From an uncultured Oscillibacter sp. (GTDB lineage Bacteria; Bacillota; Clostridia; Oscillospirales; Oscillospiraceae): a stretch of DNA of 64,000 bases. Made by a program: the position numbers and the translations under genes. The notes under the pieces are model-generated. The model was given only the letters and a program-made list of their open reading frames with translations, did not search any database and had not been told where the DNA came from. Shown piece after piece: positions 53,236 through 62,112 of this stretch (position 1 is its first letter; each line of letters begins with the position of its first letter). The stretch spans positions 9,874 to 73,873 of the forward strand of contig CAJOHW010000028.1 of the NCBI GenBank assembly GCA_905234565.1, written 5' to 3'.

Positions 53236-54399
53236 TCAGCCGCCGCTGCGGTGCCGGTTGTTCCGGTACCAGGGCTTTTGACGGCGGCGCTTGGGGTCCC
53301 CCTCGTAGTACTCCCGCTTCTGTTTCTGGGGGGCGGACTGTGTATTTTTGGCCTTCTTGAAATTGCGGCTCTTTCGGTTGTTCTCCCGCCAGGCCCGCTG
53401 TTCCTCGTCCTCGTAGTCCTCCTCCGTCCACGCCTCCGGGAACTCCGGGGCTGTCCGGACGCTGTTCCGGACTGCGCTGGGGGCGGGGGCGGAGGTGGGG
53501 AAGGGCTCAAAGGACGGAAGAAACGGTTCCTCCTTCCGCTCCACCACGTACCGGGCCGGACGCTCCGGCAGGGGGATCCCCTCCCGGCCGCCCTTGCCGT
53601 TGCGCAGCAGCACAATCTCGCTGACCCGGTAGGTCTTGGGATGGTCCGTGTCCGTATCCAGGGCCACTTTCACCGTCTCCCTCAGCAGGTCCACGCCCTT
53701 CACATTCCCCGGGCCGTCCGGGGTCTGGACGAAGGAATCCAGCCGGGGCAGACGCTTGGCGGCCTCCTCATAGGCGTACTGTTCATATTTCAGACAGCAC
53801 ATGAGCCGCCCGCAGGTGCCGGAGATGTTGGCGGGGTTCAGGCTCAGGTTCTGGGTTTTCGCCATCTTAATGGACACAGGCAGGAAGTTGGTCAAAAACT
53901 GGGCGCAGCAGAAGGGCCGCCCGCAGATACCCATGCCGCCGATCATCTTGGCTTCGTCCCGGACGCCGATCTGCCGCAGTTCAATGCGGCAGTGGAGTAC
54001 GGAGGCCAGGTCCCGTACCAACGCCCGGAAATCCACCCGGCCGTCGGCCTTGAAATAAAAGGTGAGTTTGTTGCCGTCGAAACTGGCAAAGACGCTGACC
54101 AGTTTCATTTCCAAGCCGTGTTCCGCGATTTTCCGCTCCGCGATGCCGTAGGACTCCTGTTCCCGCTGGCGGTGGTGTTCCACCGTACGGCGGTCCGCGT
54201 CGGTGGCCAGACGGATAACGCCGCTGGTGGGAGCCATGGCCTCCGGCACCTCGTGATTTCCCCGGGTACACACGGCAAACTCCGGCCCCTGGGCCGTCTC
54301 CACAATCACCGCCTCCCCGGTCCGGACCTGATAGCCCTGGGGATCAAAAAAATACGTCTTGTTTCCGCTGCGGAAACGGACGCTGACCGCTTCACTCAA
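53236..54399 (-). CDS. ricT: PSP1-domain protein RicT/YaaT with a ~110-aa charged C-terminal extension
   Basis: The TTG at 54399 (SD GGAGGG, 6-nt spacer) overlaps the holB stop. FASFDGNKLTFYFKADGRVDFRALVRDLASVLHCRIELRQIGVRDEAKMIGGMGICGRPFCC...CGRLMCCLKYE. Confidence 0.85.
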   Translation of the reverse strand: MSEAVSVRFRSGNKTYFFDPQGYQVRTGEAVIVETAQGPEFAVCTRGNHEVPEAMAPTSGVIRLATDADRRTVEHHRQREQESYGIAERKIAEHGLEMKLVSVFASFDGNKLTFYFKADGRVDFRALVRDLASVLHCRIELRQIGVRDEAKMIGGMGICGRPFCCAQFLTNFLPVSIKMAKTQNLSLNPANISGTCGRLMCCLKYEQYAYEEAAKRLPRLDSFVQTPDGPGNVKGVDLLRETVKVALDTDTDHPKTYRVSEIVLLRNGKGGREGIPLPERPARYVVERKEEPFLPSFEPFPTSAPAPSAVRNSVRTAPEFPEAWTEEDYEDEEQRAWRENNRKSRNFKKAKNTQSAPQKQKREYYEGDPKRRRQKPWYRNNRHRSGG

Positions 54400-55262
54400 C
54401 GCAATCCCTCCAATTCCACCGCCAGCGCCCCCAGGATGTGGCCTTGGCCCACGTTCCAGGGGCACTCCGCGGCATAGTGTTCGCAATGTTCCATGGCGGA
54501 GAGCAGCTGCTTCCGGGAGAACGCTTTCGCAAGCTCCGGGGCAATGATCCTGTACGGTTCCTCCGGCGGTTTGCCGTAGGTCAGGAACAGGGCGGCGGCA
54601 AAGGCCTCCCGGCTCCATTCCAGCACCCGGGCCAGATCCTCCCGGTCCATGCGCCTCTTTTCCAGACGCACCGCCCACTCCGCCGCCGCGCCCTTCCCCC
54701 GGACCGCCGCATAGCACAGGGCCTCTCCCAGCTCCGCCGCCTCCGGGAAAGTGTCAGTATCCCGGTTTTCCGGCGGCAGTTTCAGCTCCACGCACCGGGA
54801 CCGGAGAGTGTTCAGCACCGCCGAAGCGTTCTCCGCGCAGAATACGAAGGCCGCGTAAGGCGGACCCTCCTCCACCACTTTCAGTAAGATATTCTGATCC
54901 CGCTCCGTCAACAGGCCGCAGTCCGGAAAGAGATACACCTTGCGCCGCCCCTCGTTGGGCCGGATCCAGGCGTCGGACCGGAGGGCGCGGACCGTGTCGG
55001 CGGAGAGGAACTTGTGTTCCTCGTCCCGGGCGGTGATCACGTCCGGATGGATGTTCCGGAGGACCTTCCGGCAGGCGGGACACCCGCCGCAGGGCCGTTC
55101 CCCCTTGCTCTCGCACTGGAAGGCGGCGGCGGCGTACTGGGCCACCGGCAGGGCCTGGGCGCTGCCCGTCAGCAGCAGGGCGTGGGACAGGGTCCCACGG
55201 GTGGCCGCCTCCCGGATCCGGACGCCCGCCTCCTCCGTCTCAATGGCTCCAAAGGCCCCCAT
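54396..55262 (-). CDS. holB: DNA polymerase III subunit delta prime
   Basis: LSHALLLTG...CGGCPACRKVLRNIHPDV...RKVYLFPD; conserved holB-ricT gene order. Confidence 0.8.
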   Translation of the reverse strand: MGAFGAIETEEAGVRIREAATRGTLSHALLLTGSAQALPVAQYAAAAFQCESKGERPCGGCPACRKVLRNIHPDVITARDEEHKFLSADTVRALRSDAWIRPNEGRRKVYLFPDCGLLTERDQNILLKVVEEGPPYAAFVFCAENASAVLNTLRSRCVELKLPPENRDTDTFPEAAELGEALCYAAVRGKGAAAEWAVRLEKRRMDREDLARVLEWSREAFAAALFLTYGKPPEEPYRIIAPELAKAFSRKQLLSAMEHCEHYAAECPWNVGQGHILGALAVELEGLR

Positions 55263-55271
55263 GGCTCCTCC

Positions 55272-56423
55272 TTATCCAAAAACAGATTGGAAAAACGCTT
55301 CAATCTCCCGGCGGTCCGCCTGGACGCTGCCCTGGGCAAACCCGCCCCGGCCTCCGCCCCGGCCCCGCAGGGCGGCGTTCAGGGCTTTCACCTCCACGGT
55401 GCCCGTCTCCCGGACCAGGGCGTACGTATAGCCCGCCCCGTCCTGTCCGGCGAACACCGCCGCGCAGCCGCCGCAGGTGCGGGCCAGGGCGTCCGCCAGA
55501 CGCCGCACGCTGTCCGGCCGCATGGGTTCCCGGATCAACAGCGTATCCCCCGCCCCGGCGTGAGCCTGGGCGATAGACTGGAACAGTTCCCCCTCTAAGG
55601 CGGCGATCCGGGCCTTCTCCCCCTCCGTCTCCTGCCGCAGACGCTCCACGGCCCGGAGGGTGTCCAGGGGCTTCACGGACAGGGCCTGTCCCACCGCCCG
55701 GTCCTGTTCCCACACGGCGGAGAGGTAGTCATAGGCCCGCTTTCCGCAGAGGATCTCCATGCGGACCCCCTCCCGGAACTTCTGACAGGACAAGATCTTA
55801 ATGACCCCTACCTGTCCCGCGGACCGGACATGGGTGCCGCAGCAGGCACAGCAGTCCGCCCCGGGGACGGCGACGATCCGCACCTCTCCCGTGAGCGCCT
55901 TCTTGCTCCGATAGCGCAGGGTTTCCAGTTCCGCCCGGGAAGGGAAACGGATCTCCACCGCCGGATCCGCCCACAGGACTGCATTGGCCCGGCGCTCCGC
56001 CTCCGCCGCCTGTTCCGGCGTAATGGGCACGTTATAGTCGATGGTGACGGTGTCCGCCCCCAGGTGAAAGCCCACGTTGTCGCAGTGGTATAAATCGCAC
56101 AGGATCCCGGAGAGGATGTGCTCCCCGGAGTGCTGCTGCATATGGTCAAACCGCCGCCCCCAGTCGATATGACCGGAGACCTCCGCGCCTACGTCTAAGG
56201 AGGCGTCGCAGAGGTGGACGATCCCCTCCGGTCCCTCCCGCACATCCAGCACGGAGACGCCGCCTAAGACGCCGTGGTCCGCCCCCTGGCCCCCGCCCTC
56301 GGGATAGAAGGCGGTCCGGTCCAGGGCCACGGCCCAGCGGCCCCGGTCCGGCTGGCAGGACAGGACCCGGGCGGTGAAGTCCGTGAGGAAGGCGTCCTGA
56401 TAGTAGAGTTTCTCTGTGGTCAC
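55272..56423 (-). CDS. AlaX-type alanyl-tRNA editing protein (AlaRS-related, SAD domain)
   Basis: GTG at 56423 after GGGAGGCGG. HxxxH (QQHSGEHIL) and CxxxH (CCGTH) zinc motifs, plus a C-terminal DHHA1-like region. Confidence 0.75.
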   Translation of the reverse strand: MTTEKLYYQDAFLTDFTARVLSCQPDRGRWAVALDRTAFYPEGGGQGADHGVLGGVSVLDVREGPEGIVHLCDASLDVGAEVSGHIDWGRRFDHMQQHSGEHILSGILCDLYHCDNVGFHLGADTVTIDYNVPITPEQAAEAERRANAVLWADPAVEIRFPSRAELETLRYRSKKALTGEVRIVAVPGADCCACCGTHVRSAGQVGVIKILSCQKFREGVRMEILCGKRAYDYLSAVWEQDRAVGQALSVKPLDTLRAVERLRQETEGEKARIAALEGELFQSIAQAHAGAGDTLLIREPMRPDSVRRLADALARTCGGCAAVFAGQDGAGYTYALVRETGTVEVKALNAALRGRGGGRGGFAQGSVQADRREIEAFFQSVFG

Positions 56424-57937
56424 GGCTGTTCCGCCTCCCGACGGCACACCTTCACCCCCGCCAGGGCCATGGCAAACAGGAACCAGAAAATCACCATGAC
56501 CCGGGGATAGTGCCAGGGATAGTCCGCCATGCCGCACAGGGCGATGCCGCACAGCCCCGCCGACGCCCCGCAGGTGATGGTCCGGGCGGGGGACGGCGCC
56601 GCTTTCTGTACCGCCCAGAACCCCCGCTTCACGCTCCAGGCCATAGAGGCCAGGAAACTGGTGATGCCCAGCAGTCCCGTCTCCATCCAGACTTCCAAAT
56701 AGAAATTGTGGGCGTGGACAAAGGGGGCGGTGCCCTTGTAGAGGCGGTAGGCCCGGATATAGGCTTTCACGGCGTCCACCCCTAAGCCGCCGCCATAGAC
56801 CGGGGACTGGCGCAGCAGGGACAGCGCGGCGTCGTACAGGGGGAAGCGGCTGGAGGTGGTGGTGTCGGAGAAGTTGAAGATGGTGAGGATCCGGATCCAC
56901 ACGGCGGAGGGCAGCAGGGGGATGGCCGCCGCGCACAGCAAGAGCAGGGCCGGAATCAGGCCCGGCCGCAGGACCAAGACCATGAGCCCCACCGACAGGG
57001 CAAAGCCCACCCATCCGGCCCGGGAGTAGGTCATGACCAGGGCGGCAGTGCCTACCGCCCACACGCCTCCGGCCAGGACTTTCCCCATCCGGCTTTTGGC
57101 GCAGATTGCCAGGGACAGCACCAGGGGCAGCAGGATCACCAGTACCTCCCCAAAGGTGTTGGGGTTGTCGAAATAGGACATGACCCGTCCGGGCATATCC
57201 GGGTTCAACGTCAGATCCACATAGGACAGGTTCACCCGCACCCCCCGGATCCGCTGGAACACGCCGTAAATCGACGCCGCCGCCGTCACCCCCGTGGCCC
57301 CGGCGCACAGGCGCTTCAGATCCTCCCCGCAGCGCACGGCGCTGACCGTCACCAGCACGCACAAGGCGGCGGGCAGGTGGTACCACAGAAACCGGGCGGA
57401 GAGATCCGGACGGTAGGACAGGGGCACCGCCAGCAGGACCGCCAGGAAGAACACCAGGGGGAAGCCCCCAATGTCCGCCATGTCCAGCCGGAAAGATCGA
57501 TGCCGCATGGCCCCGGCGTGGAACAGCACCAGCAAAAAGGCAAAGGCAATGAGGCTGTATGCGTTGTCCCAGTACAGAAAGGGGATGGTCCACAGGCACA
57601 GGATGTACCAGCTCTCGGCAATGGCGGTGCCGTGGCCCAGTTGAAACGCCAGATTGGCAAAGAAGCTGTCGTCAAAGGTGGCCTGCCAGGCCAGATACCA
57701 CCGGTGCAGCAGATCCCCGGGACAGGCGGTGCAGGCGGTGAGTACGCGGCAGGTCCGGCTTTGGGGCCATAGGGTTTTCCGCTCCCGGCAGAGGAACCGG
57801 ACCAGGCGGCTGTCCCGGAACCAGCCCGCGCAAGTCCGCCCAAGGGCCGCCAAAGCGCGCCGGAGGCTGCTGTCCCCATAGGCGTACCGCAGAAAGAGCC
57901 ACAGCCTATACAGGGCGCTGGATTGTAAAAGTGTCAT
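56420..57937 (-). CDS. O-antigen ligase/polymerase (Wzy_C) family membrane protein
   Basis: 505 aa, about 10 or more TM helices, with YSRAGWVGFALSVGLMVLV in the central loop region. Confidence 0.65.
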   Translation of the reverse strand: MTLLQSSALYRLWLFLRYAYGDSSLRRALAALGRTCAGWFRDSRLVRFLCRERKTLWPQSRTCRVLTACTACPGDLLHRWYLAWQATFDDSFFANLAFQLGHGTAIAESWYILCLWTIPFLYWDNAYSLIAFAFLLVLFHAGAMRHRSFRLDMADIGGFPLVFFLAVLLAVPLSYRPDLSARFLWYHLPAALCVLVTVSAVRCGEDLKRLCAGATGVTAAASIYGVFQRIRGVRVNLSYVDLTLNPDMPGRVMSYFDNPNTFGEVLVILLPLVLSLAICAKSRMGKVLAGGVWAVGTAALVMTYSRAGWVGFALSVGLMVLVLRPGLIPALLLLCAAAIPLLPSAVWIRILTIFNFSDTTTSSRFPLYDAALSLLRQSPVYGGGLGVDAVKAYIRAYRLYKGTAPFVHAHNFYLEVWMETGLLGITSFLASMAWSVKRGFWAVQKAAPSPARTITCGASAGLCGIALCGMADYPWHYPRVMVIFWFLFAMALAGVKVCRREAEQP

Positions 57938-57950
57938 GAAATTCTCCGTT

Positions 57951-59000
57951 TCATATGGTCTCCCCGGAGTTTACGCCATAGGTCCACATCCGGTTTTTTA
58001 AGAAATACAGGGCGGCCAGGGTCCGGAAGCGGCGCGTTCGCAGAAGGTCCGCCACGACTTGTTTGTTGCGGCCCAGGCCCACGGGCACCAGTTCCCGGAG
58101 GGCCCGGTCCATCTCCGGACGGCGGCACAGGGCCTCCACCGCCTTTTGACGCTGTTTCATGGAGGCGGGATTCCCCCGGGCGTACTCGTTGGCCACGGCG
58201 ATGAGCAGATTGGCCCAGTTGGAACTGTTGCGCCACTGGGGACAGCTCCGGTCCAACTCGTACCGCAGGGCCAGTTCCCCCTTGCGGTCCATGTACGCCG
58301 TCAGGATGTCCATGAGGTTTCCCATATAGTGCCGGGTGGCGGAGGCGGGGTTTTTCAGATAGCGGTACAGGGGCCGCTCCGTTACCGCCATTCGCTGTGC
58401 CCCGCACAGGTACTCGATGACGAACAGCTCGTCTTCCAGATAGGCCCCGGCAAAGGACAGCCCCCGGTTCCGGACGGCCTCCCCGGAGAACAGATATCGC
58501 CACAAAAAGCCGTTGAACAGAGGCGCCCTCAATCGCTCCCCAAAGAGGGGACCCACCGCCTGGGACAAAATGGCCTCCCGGTCATAGACCCCGGCGGACA
58601 GCAGCGGTTCCACGCTCTCTTCCCCGTCAGGCGTCACGTTCCAATGGGCGCAGCCCGCTGTATCCGCCCCGGCGTCCACCCGGAGAGTCCGGAGGGTTTC
58701 CAATGTCTCCGGCACGTATCGGTCGTCGGCGTCTAAGAAGGCGATCCAGTCCCCCCGGGCGGCTTCCAGCCCCCGGTTCCGGGCGGCGCTGACCCCCCGG
58801 TTCTCCGGGAGACGGAGGGCGCGGATCCGGGGGTCCGACGCGGCATACTGCTCGCACCGCTCCCCGGAGCCGTCCGTGGAGCCGTCGTCCACCAGAATCA
58901 GCTCCCAGTCCCGGAAGCGCTGGCCCCGTACACTCTCCACGCAGGGGGCCAGAAAGCCCCCCGCCTGGTACACCGGCACAATGACGGAGATCTCCGGCAT
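57951..59000 (-). CDS. Family-2 glycosyltransferase
   Basis: MPEISVIVPVYQAGGFLAPCVESV...LILVDDGSTDGS...FLDADD. Confidence 0.85.
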   Translation of the reverse strand: MPEISVIVPVYQAGGFLAPCVESVRGQRFRDWELILVDDGSTDGSGERCEQYAASDPRIRALRLPENRGVSAARNRGLEAARGDWIAFLDADDRYVPETLETLRTLRVDAGADTAGCAHWNVTPDGEESVEPLLSAGVYDREAILSQAVGPLFGERLRAPLFNGFLWRYLFSGEAVRNRGLSFAGAYLEDELFVIEYLCGAQRMAVTERPLYRYLKNPASATRHYMGNLMDILTAYMDRKGELALRYELDRSCPQWRNSSNWANLLIAVANEYARGNPASMKQRQKAVEALCRRPEMDRALRELVPVGLGRNKQVVADLLRTRRFRTLAALYFLKNRMWTYGVNSGETI

Positions 59001-59032
59001 CCTTCCCCCCTCCTTTTTCAAATCGCCTGCAT

Positions 59033-59209
59033 TCAATAAAAGGGTTCCCCCTCGTCCGCCGCGAAGGACTGAATCTCCGCAAAGGTGGTAATGCTCTCCT
59101 GCCGCCGCAAAGCCGCCCGGACCGGGGACGGCAGGGAGTGAAAGTATTCATACACCACCCCGTCCCCTTCCAGCAGTTCCACCAGATTCCCGTACTGCCG
59201 CTCCTCCAT
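59033..59209 (-). CDS. Small 58-aa ORF below the track threshold (hypothetical)
   Basis: Hand translation gives MEERQYGNLVELLEGDGVVYEYFHSLPSPVRAALRRQESITTFAEIQSFAADEGEPFY*. It fills the gap between two co-directional genes. The overlapping 195-aa track ORF is Arg/Gly/Pro-rich and not coding-like. Confidence 0.35.
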   Translation of the reverse strand: MEERQYGNLVELLEGDGVVYEYFHSLPSPVRAALRRQESITTFAEIQSFAADEGEPFY

Positions 59210-59281
59210 GGCAAGATTCCTCCCCTGGTCTGTGTTTTCCCAAGGTTAGTCTGCCCCGGAGGGAACGGCGTTATGAGCGGC

Positions 59282-59779
59282 TCAGGCCTCCGGCTCCTGG
59301 ATGTCCCAAATGACGTCCAGGATGATGGTGTTGTGGAACTCGATATACTCGGTTTTCAGGGTGTAGTCCTTCCGGCCGATGCGGATCTCCTGTTCCCCCA
59401 CCTTGCTCATGAGCACGTCCCCGGTGACGGAGGTGTTCTCCACGGTGAAGATCAGATCCACATGGTGGGGATCCGACACCCACTGTCCGTCCGGTCCCAC
59501 CACCAGGTGGTCCTGCCGCTCCACGGACAGGATCTGCCCGTCCAGGATGACGCCGGAGGCCATCAGGTCTGAGGGCAGGTGGGCCTTGGCGTTTTCGTAC
59601 ATATCCGCCGCCGCCCCCTCTACCAGCACCCGGTAGGTCATATGCACGGTGCGCTGGGTTTCGCTGTCTTTCGGCGACGCCATGCGCCACACCGCCAGCA
59701 GGGCCACCAGGACGATGAGGACCACCGCCGCCACGTCCACCACGTTGAATCTGCCGGCTTTGGCTGCTTTGTCTTTCAT
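59282..59779 (-). CDS. DUF4330-like membrane-anchored protein
   Basis: MKDKAAKAGRFNVVDVAAVVLIVLVALLAV..., then a beta-rich domain. ATG at 59779. Confidence 0.55.
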   Translation of the reverse strand: MKDKAAKAGRFNVVDVAAVVLIVLVALLAVWRMASPKDSETQRTVHMTYRVLVEGAAADMYENAKAHLPSDLMASGVILDGQILSVERQDHLVVGPDGQWVSDPHHVDLIFTVENTSVTGDVLMSKVGEQEIRIGRKDYTLKTEYIEFHNTIILDVIWDIQEPEA

Positions 59780-59913
59780 GAATACCTCCCGATACCGAAG
59801 CCCCAAGGGGCTTCTGGACTGTGGACAAACTGTCTCTTGTATTGTATAATACTTTCCGGAATTTCACAAGCCTTTTCTTTTGGGCCAATTTGATGACAAG
59901 GGAGACTCCGGGT

Positions 59914-60975
59914 ATGAAACGGATCGCCATTTTCCAGTCCGACCTGCGGGTGGGGGGAATCCAGAAGGCGCTGATCAACATCCTCAACGAGATCGATTAC
60001 AGGCGCTGCCAGGTGGACCTGTACCTCTACGACGAGGGCAGTTTTTTCGATATGCCCGCCCATGAGCATCTGCGGGTGATCCATCTGCGGCCCCATTTCG
60101 CCGCCTGGGACCGGCTGGTGTACTTCAATCTGCTCTTTGCCCTGTCCCGGGACGTGACGGGAGGGCGGGAGTACGACGCGGCGGTGGACTTCAACAGCTA
60201 TCAAAACGAGTGCGCCGTGGGGGTGCTGAAAAGCCGCGCCCGGAAGAAGATCATGTGGATCCACAACGACATGGAGATCAAGCTGAAAAACGAGCCCAAA
60301 TACCGGATCCTCTGGCACTTCTTCAAAGGCAAACTCTCCCGGTACGACGCCTTTGCCGCCGTGTCCCCGGGGATTGTGGAGGGCTTCCGCCGGGTGTCCG
60401 GCCTGGGGGACGTTTCCATCACCCCCATCCCCAACCACATCGACACCGCGGAGATCTTCCGGAAAAAGGACCTGCCGGTGGACTTTGCCCCGGATCCGGC
60501 CCTGCTGAACCTCTGCTCCGTGGGGCGGATCTGCCACCAGAAGGGCTACGACCTCCTTATGGGGGAACTGGCGAAAGTGAAGGCCGCCCGGCAGGACTTC
60601 CACTTCTACCTCATCGGGGACGGCCCGGACCGGGGGGCTCTGGAATCCCAGATCCGTGCCCTGGGCCTGGAGACCTATGTGACCCTGCTGGGCAACCAGC
60701 CCAATCCCTTCTGCTATCTGGACAAGCTGGACGGGTTCGTCCTGACTTCCCGCTATGAGGGCCAGGGCATGGCCATCTGGGAGGCCAAGGCCCTGGGACT
60801 GCCCCTGTATATCTCCAAGAACTTAGAGCCCTATAACCCGGGGATCCCAGGCTGGGCCGACGTGGCGGAGGCCCTGATCCGGGCGGAGAAGCCCCGGGAA
60901 AAGCGCTATGACGATTTGGCGTCCTACAACGCCGCCATCTCCCGTTCCCTCCGGGAACTGCTGGATCTGGAATGA
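59914..60975 (+). CDS. Family-4 (GT-B) glycosyltransferase
   Basis: MKRIAIFQSDLRVGGIQKALINIL...GRICHQKGYDLL...LTSRYEGQGMAIWEAKALGLP (EX7E). Confidence 0.8.
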   Translation: MKRIAIFQSDLRVGGIQKALINILNEIDYRRCQVDLYLYDEGSFFDMPAHEHLRVIHLRPHFAAWDRLVYFNLLFALSRDVTGGREYDAAVDFNSYQNECAVGVLKSRARKKIMWIHNDMEIKLKNEPKYRILWHFFKGKLSRYDAFAAVSPGIVEGFRRVSGLGDVSITPIPNHIDTAEIFRKKDLPVDFAPDPALLNLCSVGRICHQKGYDLLMGELAKVKAARQDFHFYLIGDGPDRGALESQIRALGLETYVTLLGNQPNPFCYLDKLDGFVLTSRYEGQGMAIWEAKALGLPLYISKNLEPYNPGIPGWADVAEALIRAEKPREKRYDDLASYNAAISRSLRELLDLE

Positions 60976-60988
60976 GGGGAGGGGCGAG

Positions 60989-62098
60989 ATGCCGAAAAGA
61001 CCGAAAAAAGAGGGTATTTTGATCTGCGGAGCCTACGGCTTAGGCAACGCCGGGGATGAGGCCATTCTCACCGCCATTTTGGGACAGGTCCGGCGGGCCG
61101 CCCCGGAGGCGGAGATCACGGTGCTGTCCCGGAACCCGGAGGAGACCGCCGCCCAGTACGGCGTGAAGGCCCTGTATATGTTCGATTTCCCCGGGTTCCG
61201 CCGGGTGCTGGAGGGGACGAAACTGTATATCAACGGCGGCGGCACCTTGATCCAGGACGCCACCAGCCGCCGGTCCCTGTGGTATTACCTCTATACCCTC
61301 TGGGCGGCGAAGCGCCAAAACTGCCGGGTGCTGATGTACGGCTGCGGCGTGGGGCCCGTCAGCCGCCCCCTGGACGCCCGTCTGGCGGGGAGGATCCTCA
61401 ACACCTGCGTGGACACCATCACCCTGCGGGAGTCGGACTCCCTGGGGGAATTGGAGGCCATGGGGGTGACAAAACCGGAGGTCATCCTCTCGGCGGACCC
61501 GGCCCTGACCCTGGCCCCGGCCCCGGCGGAGGAAGTGGACCGGGTGTTCCAGCGGGCGGGGATCCCGCCCCGGGGGCGGTATCTGTGCTTTGCCCTGCGG
61601 GAGTGGAAGGGCTATGGCAAAAAGGCCCCGGTGTTCGCGGCGGCGGCCCGGTACGCCTATGAGGCCTACGGCCTGACCCCGGTGTTCACCGCCATTGAGA
61701 AGCGGGAGGACCCTGCCGCCCACCGCTCCGCCGCCCGGGGCTTAGAGGGCGTGCCCCACTATTTCCTGGACGACGCGGGGAACGCGGGTACCATCATCGG
61801 CGCTCTGGGCCGGATGGAGGTGGTGGTGTCCATGCGGCTCCATGCCTTGATCTTCGCCGCCGGACAGGGGATCCCCCTGGTGGGGGTGGTGTACGACCCG
61901 AAAGTGTCCGCCTTCCTGCGCTATCTCCAACAGGACCTGTTCACGGACCTGGACACCCTGACAGAGCCGGTGCTGCGGTCCTTGATGGACCGGGCGGCGG
62001 CCCGGTCCCGGCGTCCGGAGGAACAGGCGGAGGCGGTGCGCCGTCTGCGGGAGATTGAGGCCCGGAACGCGGAGGCGGTGAAACGATTGATCCAATAG
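60989..62098 (+). CDS. csaB: Polysaccharide pyruvyl transferase CsaB
   Basis: ILICGAYGLGNAGDEAIL...LYINGGGTLIQDATSRRSLWYY...MRLHALIFAA. This enzyme makes the pyruvylated wall glycan bound by SLH domains. Confidence 0.8.
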   Translation: MPKRPKKEGILICGAYGLGNAGDEAILTAILGQVRRAAPEAEITVLSRNPEETAAQYGVKALYMFDFPGFRRVLEGTKLYINGGGTLIQDATSRRSLWYYLYTLWAAKRQNCRVLMYGCGVGPVSRPLDARLAGRILNTCVDTITLRESDSLGELEAMGVTKPEVILSADPALTLAPAPAEEVDRVFQRAGIPPRGRYLCFALREWKGYGKKAPVFAAAARYAYEAYGLTPVFTAIEKREDPAAHRSAARGLEGVPHYFLDDAGNAGTIIGALGRMEVVVSMRLHALIFAAGQGIPLVGVVYDPKVSAFLRYLQQDLFTDLDTLTEPVLRSLMDRAAARSRRPEEQAEAVRRLREIEARNAEAVKRLIQ

Positions 62099-62112
62099 AT
62101 GACAGGAGGTGT

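Noticed and set aside
58627-59214. 195-aa ORF overlapping the GT2 5' end
   Set aside because: It has Arg/Gly/Pro/Trp/Cys-rich composition and overlaps the well-supported GT2 gene out of frame. A short in-gap ORF (59033-59209) explains the only non-overlapping part better.
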